A DNA stretch of 18,320 bases, taken from assembly GCA_049517415.1 (NCBI GenBank), contig JBEKSC010000036.1, positions 1-18,320 of the forward strand, read 5' to 3'. The DNA comes from Candidatus Bathyarchaeia archaeon. GTDB lineage: Archaea > Thermoproteota > Bathyarchaeia > 40CM-2-53-6. The notes under the pieces were generated by a model that had not been told where the DNA came from, did not search any database, and saw nothing but the letters and a program-made list of their open reading frames with translations. A program made the translations under genes and the position numbers. Of this stretch, positions 16,515 to 18,320 are shown in pieces (position 1 is the stretch's first letter; each line of letters starts with the position of its first letter).

Positions 16515-16826
16515 TTGAAACTTCAAGGAAAAATGATCGTCTGGCCAGCTAACCTCGATTCTTCAAAGTCCCGCAAAGCGGGTAGAAAACTCGCAAAGGC
16601 TTCGGGAGTGCAAACGCCAAGACTTGAGGAAATTAGCGATGCCATCAAGCGGCTTTCTTTGGACGCTGAAGTGGTGCCCGGCAAATCACGACCGAGTTCA
16701 TGGCGGGAGAAGGGAGGATATGTAATACTTTCAAAGACAGGCCCGAAAGGTAACTCTCTTCATTCCCTCGCCAGCGAAATCAAGAAAGCTAGAGCCGCGA
16801 AAACCGGGCAGGAAAAAAAGACGTGA
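16515..16826 (+). CDS. srp19: Signal recognition particle 19 kDa protein
   Basis: IVWPANLDSSKSRKAGRKL...P.LEEI...K.RP..W...G motifs. Follows rps8e, a common archaeal gene order. Confidence 0.94.
   Translation: MKLQGKMIVWPANLDSSKSRKAGRKLAKASGVQTPRLEEISDAIKRLSLDAEVVPGKSRPSSWREKGGYVILSKTGPKGNSLHSLASEIKKARAAKTGQEKKT
16812..16820 (-). terminator. Possible oligo-T terminator for moeA, inside the srp19 3' end
   Basis: T7 run on the minus strand (A7 at 16813-16819), about 18 nt past the moeA stop in a tight convergent junction. Confidence 0.3.
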
Positions 16827-16836
16827 AAATGGGAAA

Positions 16837-18102
16837 TTAGGGCAATATCTCCCCGATTAGCGTTACTTTTACCGTCTCCCCTCGCTCGATTGCTGTCACT
16901 TCCTCTGGAATAGTGACGATTCCATTCGCCCTAACCATGCTCATCAAGACCGATGAACGCTGCAGTTTGAACGGTTCGGCAATCAACCCTTGCCCATTCT
17001 GCCTGACGACGACCCTCACATAGGTGAGGTTTCCTGGTATTCCTGTTATTGTTTCACTCAAGACTGCATTGGCAGTAGATTCGAACAATTCTTTGACACC
17101 CAACATTTTTGCAATGATGGGCCGTACAAAGGTTCGGAAGGCGAAGAATGCGGAGACCGGGAACCCCGGAAGCGAAAACACTGGCTTGCCATTAACCAGC
17201 GCCAAACCAGTTGGCATCGCGGGTCGCATAGCTACTCCATGCACCAACATACCCGGCTTGCCTAAGCTGTTGACACACTTAGGGACTAGATCTCTGTTGC
17301 CGACCGAGGATCCTGCACTGACAATGACTGCATCGCACGTTTTCAACCCCTTCTTCAGAGCAGTCTTAATGCTAGCTTCACGATCCCTGAAAATACCCAA
17401 ATCTACAGCATCTGCCCCCAATTCCTGAAGCATAGAGGATAACATCGCTCTGTTGATGTCCACCACCTTGGCGACGTTGCGTTTACTAGATGAATTCACG
17501 AGCTCGTCACCAGTTGACAGAACGGCCACGTGTGGTTTTCTTGCAACGCAGACCTTTGCCAAACCAAGTGCCTTCAACATGCCGATATCCTGTGGCCGGA
17601 GGAGTGCCCCCTTCCCGAGAACTACAGCACCTGGGACGACATCCTCACCTTTCCTCGCTATGCTCTGCCCCGCCGTTGCGGGCGCATGTACTGCGATACT
17701 GCTTGGAGCGAGTTTGGTAGTTCTCTCGACCATTATGACCGTGTTTGCACCGGAGGGAACAAGGCTCCCGGTCGCAATAGCAACAGCCTCTCCCCGACCA
17801 ACATACATTCGAGGCTTTGCGCCTAGTCTGCTTTCCCCAATAACCCGGAGTATTACTGGAAGTTCTTGAGAAGCACTCTTCACGTCTTCAACGCGAGCTG
17901 CGTATCCGTCCATAACCGAACGGTCGGCCCGTGGCAAGTATTGGTCTGCAACGATATCTTTTCCAAGATACCGACCCAAAGCCCGTTGCACAGGCAGCGA
18001 CTCCAGTCTGATAGCCCGCTCTCCTACAGCATCAAAGAGAATCCTGAGAGCTGTGTCCACTCTAGTTAGTTTCTGAAAGCCCACGGTCTGTAGATGGTTC
18101 AT
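16837..18102 (-). CDS. moeA: Molybdopterin molybdotransferase MoeA
   Basis: ALGR.L..DIVA, DRSVMDGYA, IATGS.VP.GA, STGDEL, GSSVG.RD and LPGFPVS motifs. Start is probably ATG 18102; the ORF extends to 18153. Confidence 0.95.
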   Translation of the reverse strand: MNHLQTVGFQKLTRVDTALRILFDAVGERAIRLESLPVQRALGRYLGKDIVADQYLPRADRSVMDGYAARVEDVKSASQELPVILRVIGESRLGAKPRMYVGRGEAVAIATGSLVPSGANTVIMVERTTKLAPSSIAVHAPATAGQSIARKGEDVVPGAVVLGKGALLRPQDIGMLKALGLAKVCVARKPHVAVLSTGDELVNSSSKRNVAKVVDINRAMLSSMLQELGADAVDLGIFRDREASIKTALKKGLKTCDAVIVSAGSSVGNRDLVPKCVNSLGKPGMLVHGVAMRPAMPTGLALVNGKPVFSLPGFPVSAFFAFRTFVRPIIAKMLGVKELFESTANAVLSETITGIPGNLTYVRVVVRQNGQGLIAEPFKLQRSSVLMSMVRANGIVTIPEEVTAIERGETVKVTLIGEILP

Positions 18103-18171
18103 GGAGTGACATTCACTCGGCGGGAAGATATTATCTGCGGAGGTATCTAACACAAGTGGATGAGGGCCGCC

Positions 18172-18320
18172 ATGGTTGATACGTTAACCGTTTCTATTGC
18201 CATTCTCGCAGTGGTCGTACTGGTTGGCATAATTTTCTGGTTTCGAAGGACTCGTCGAAGCGAATTCGGCATACCTGTAATCGAACTTGAGAAGCTGGTC
18301 AATTGCAATTCTTGCGGTTC
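18172..18320 (+). CDS. Membrane-anchored zinc-ribbon protein, partial (runs off window end)
   Basis: MVDTLTVSIAILAVVVLVGIIFWFRRTRRSEFGIPVIELEKLVNCNSCG: one hydrophobic helix, a basic stop-transfer segment, then CxxC. Alternative in-frame ATG at 18160. Confidence 0.7.
   Translation, partial: MVDTLTVSIAILAVVVLVGIIFWFRRTRRSEFGIPVIELEKLVNCNSCG

Noticed and set aside
1..18320. tRNA, rRNA, SRP RNA, CRISPR array or mobile element
   Set aside because: I saw no cloverleaf or T-loop consensus, no spaced repeats and no transposase or integrase. The gaps flanking srp19 are too short for SRP RNA.

Overview
Archaeal chromosomal housekeeping region, probably from a TACK-type lineage such as Bathyarchaeia. 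That placement is inferred from S8e, SRP19, ABCE1, a GPN GTPase, archaeal-style smc-scpA-scpB and frequent TTG/GTG starts. Gene order: partial sua5/tsaC (-), isoaspartyl peptidase/asparaginase, an unannotated 32-aa acidic Trp-rich microprotein, ABCE1/Rli1, a small zinc-ribbon protein, CinA-like protein, oligoendopeptidase F (-), GPN-loop GTPase, ADP-forming acyl-CoA synthetase beta subunit, archaeal coiled-coil protein, MTAP-family phosphorylase (inosine-type motif), uppS, an overlapping smc-scpA-scpB condensin operon, an unannotated 54-aa ORF behind an AT-rich palindrome, rps8e, srp19, moeA (-) and a partial membrane-anchored zinc-ribbon gene. I saw no tRNA, rRNA, CRISPR array or mobile element. 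The most notable items are the two microproteins missed by the ORF track: one directly upstream of ABCE1 and one directly downstream of scpB.
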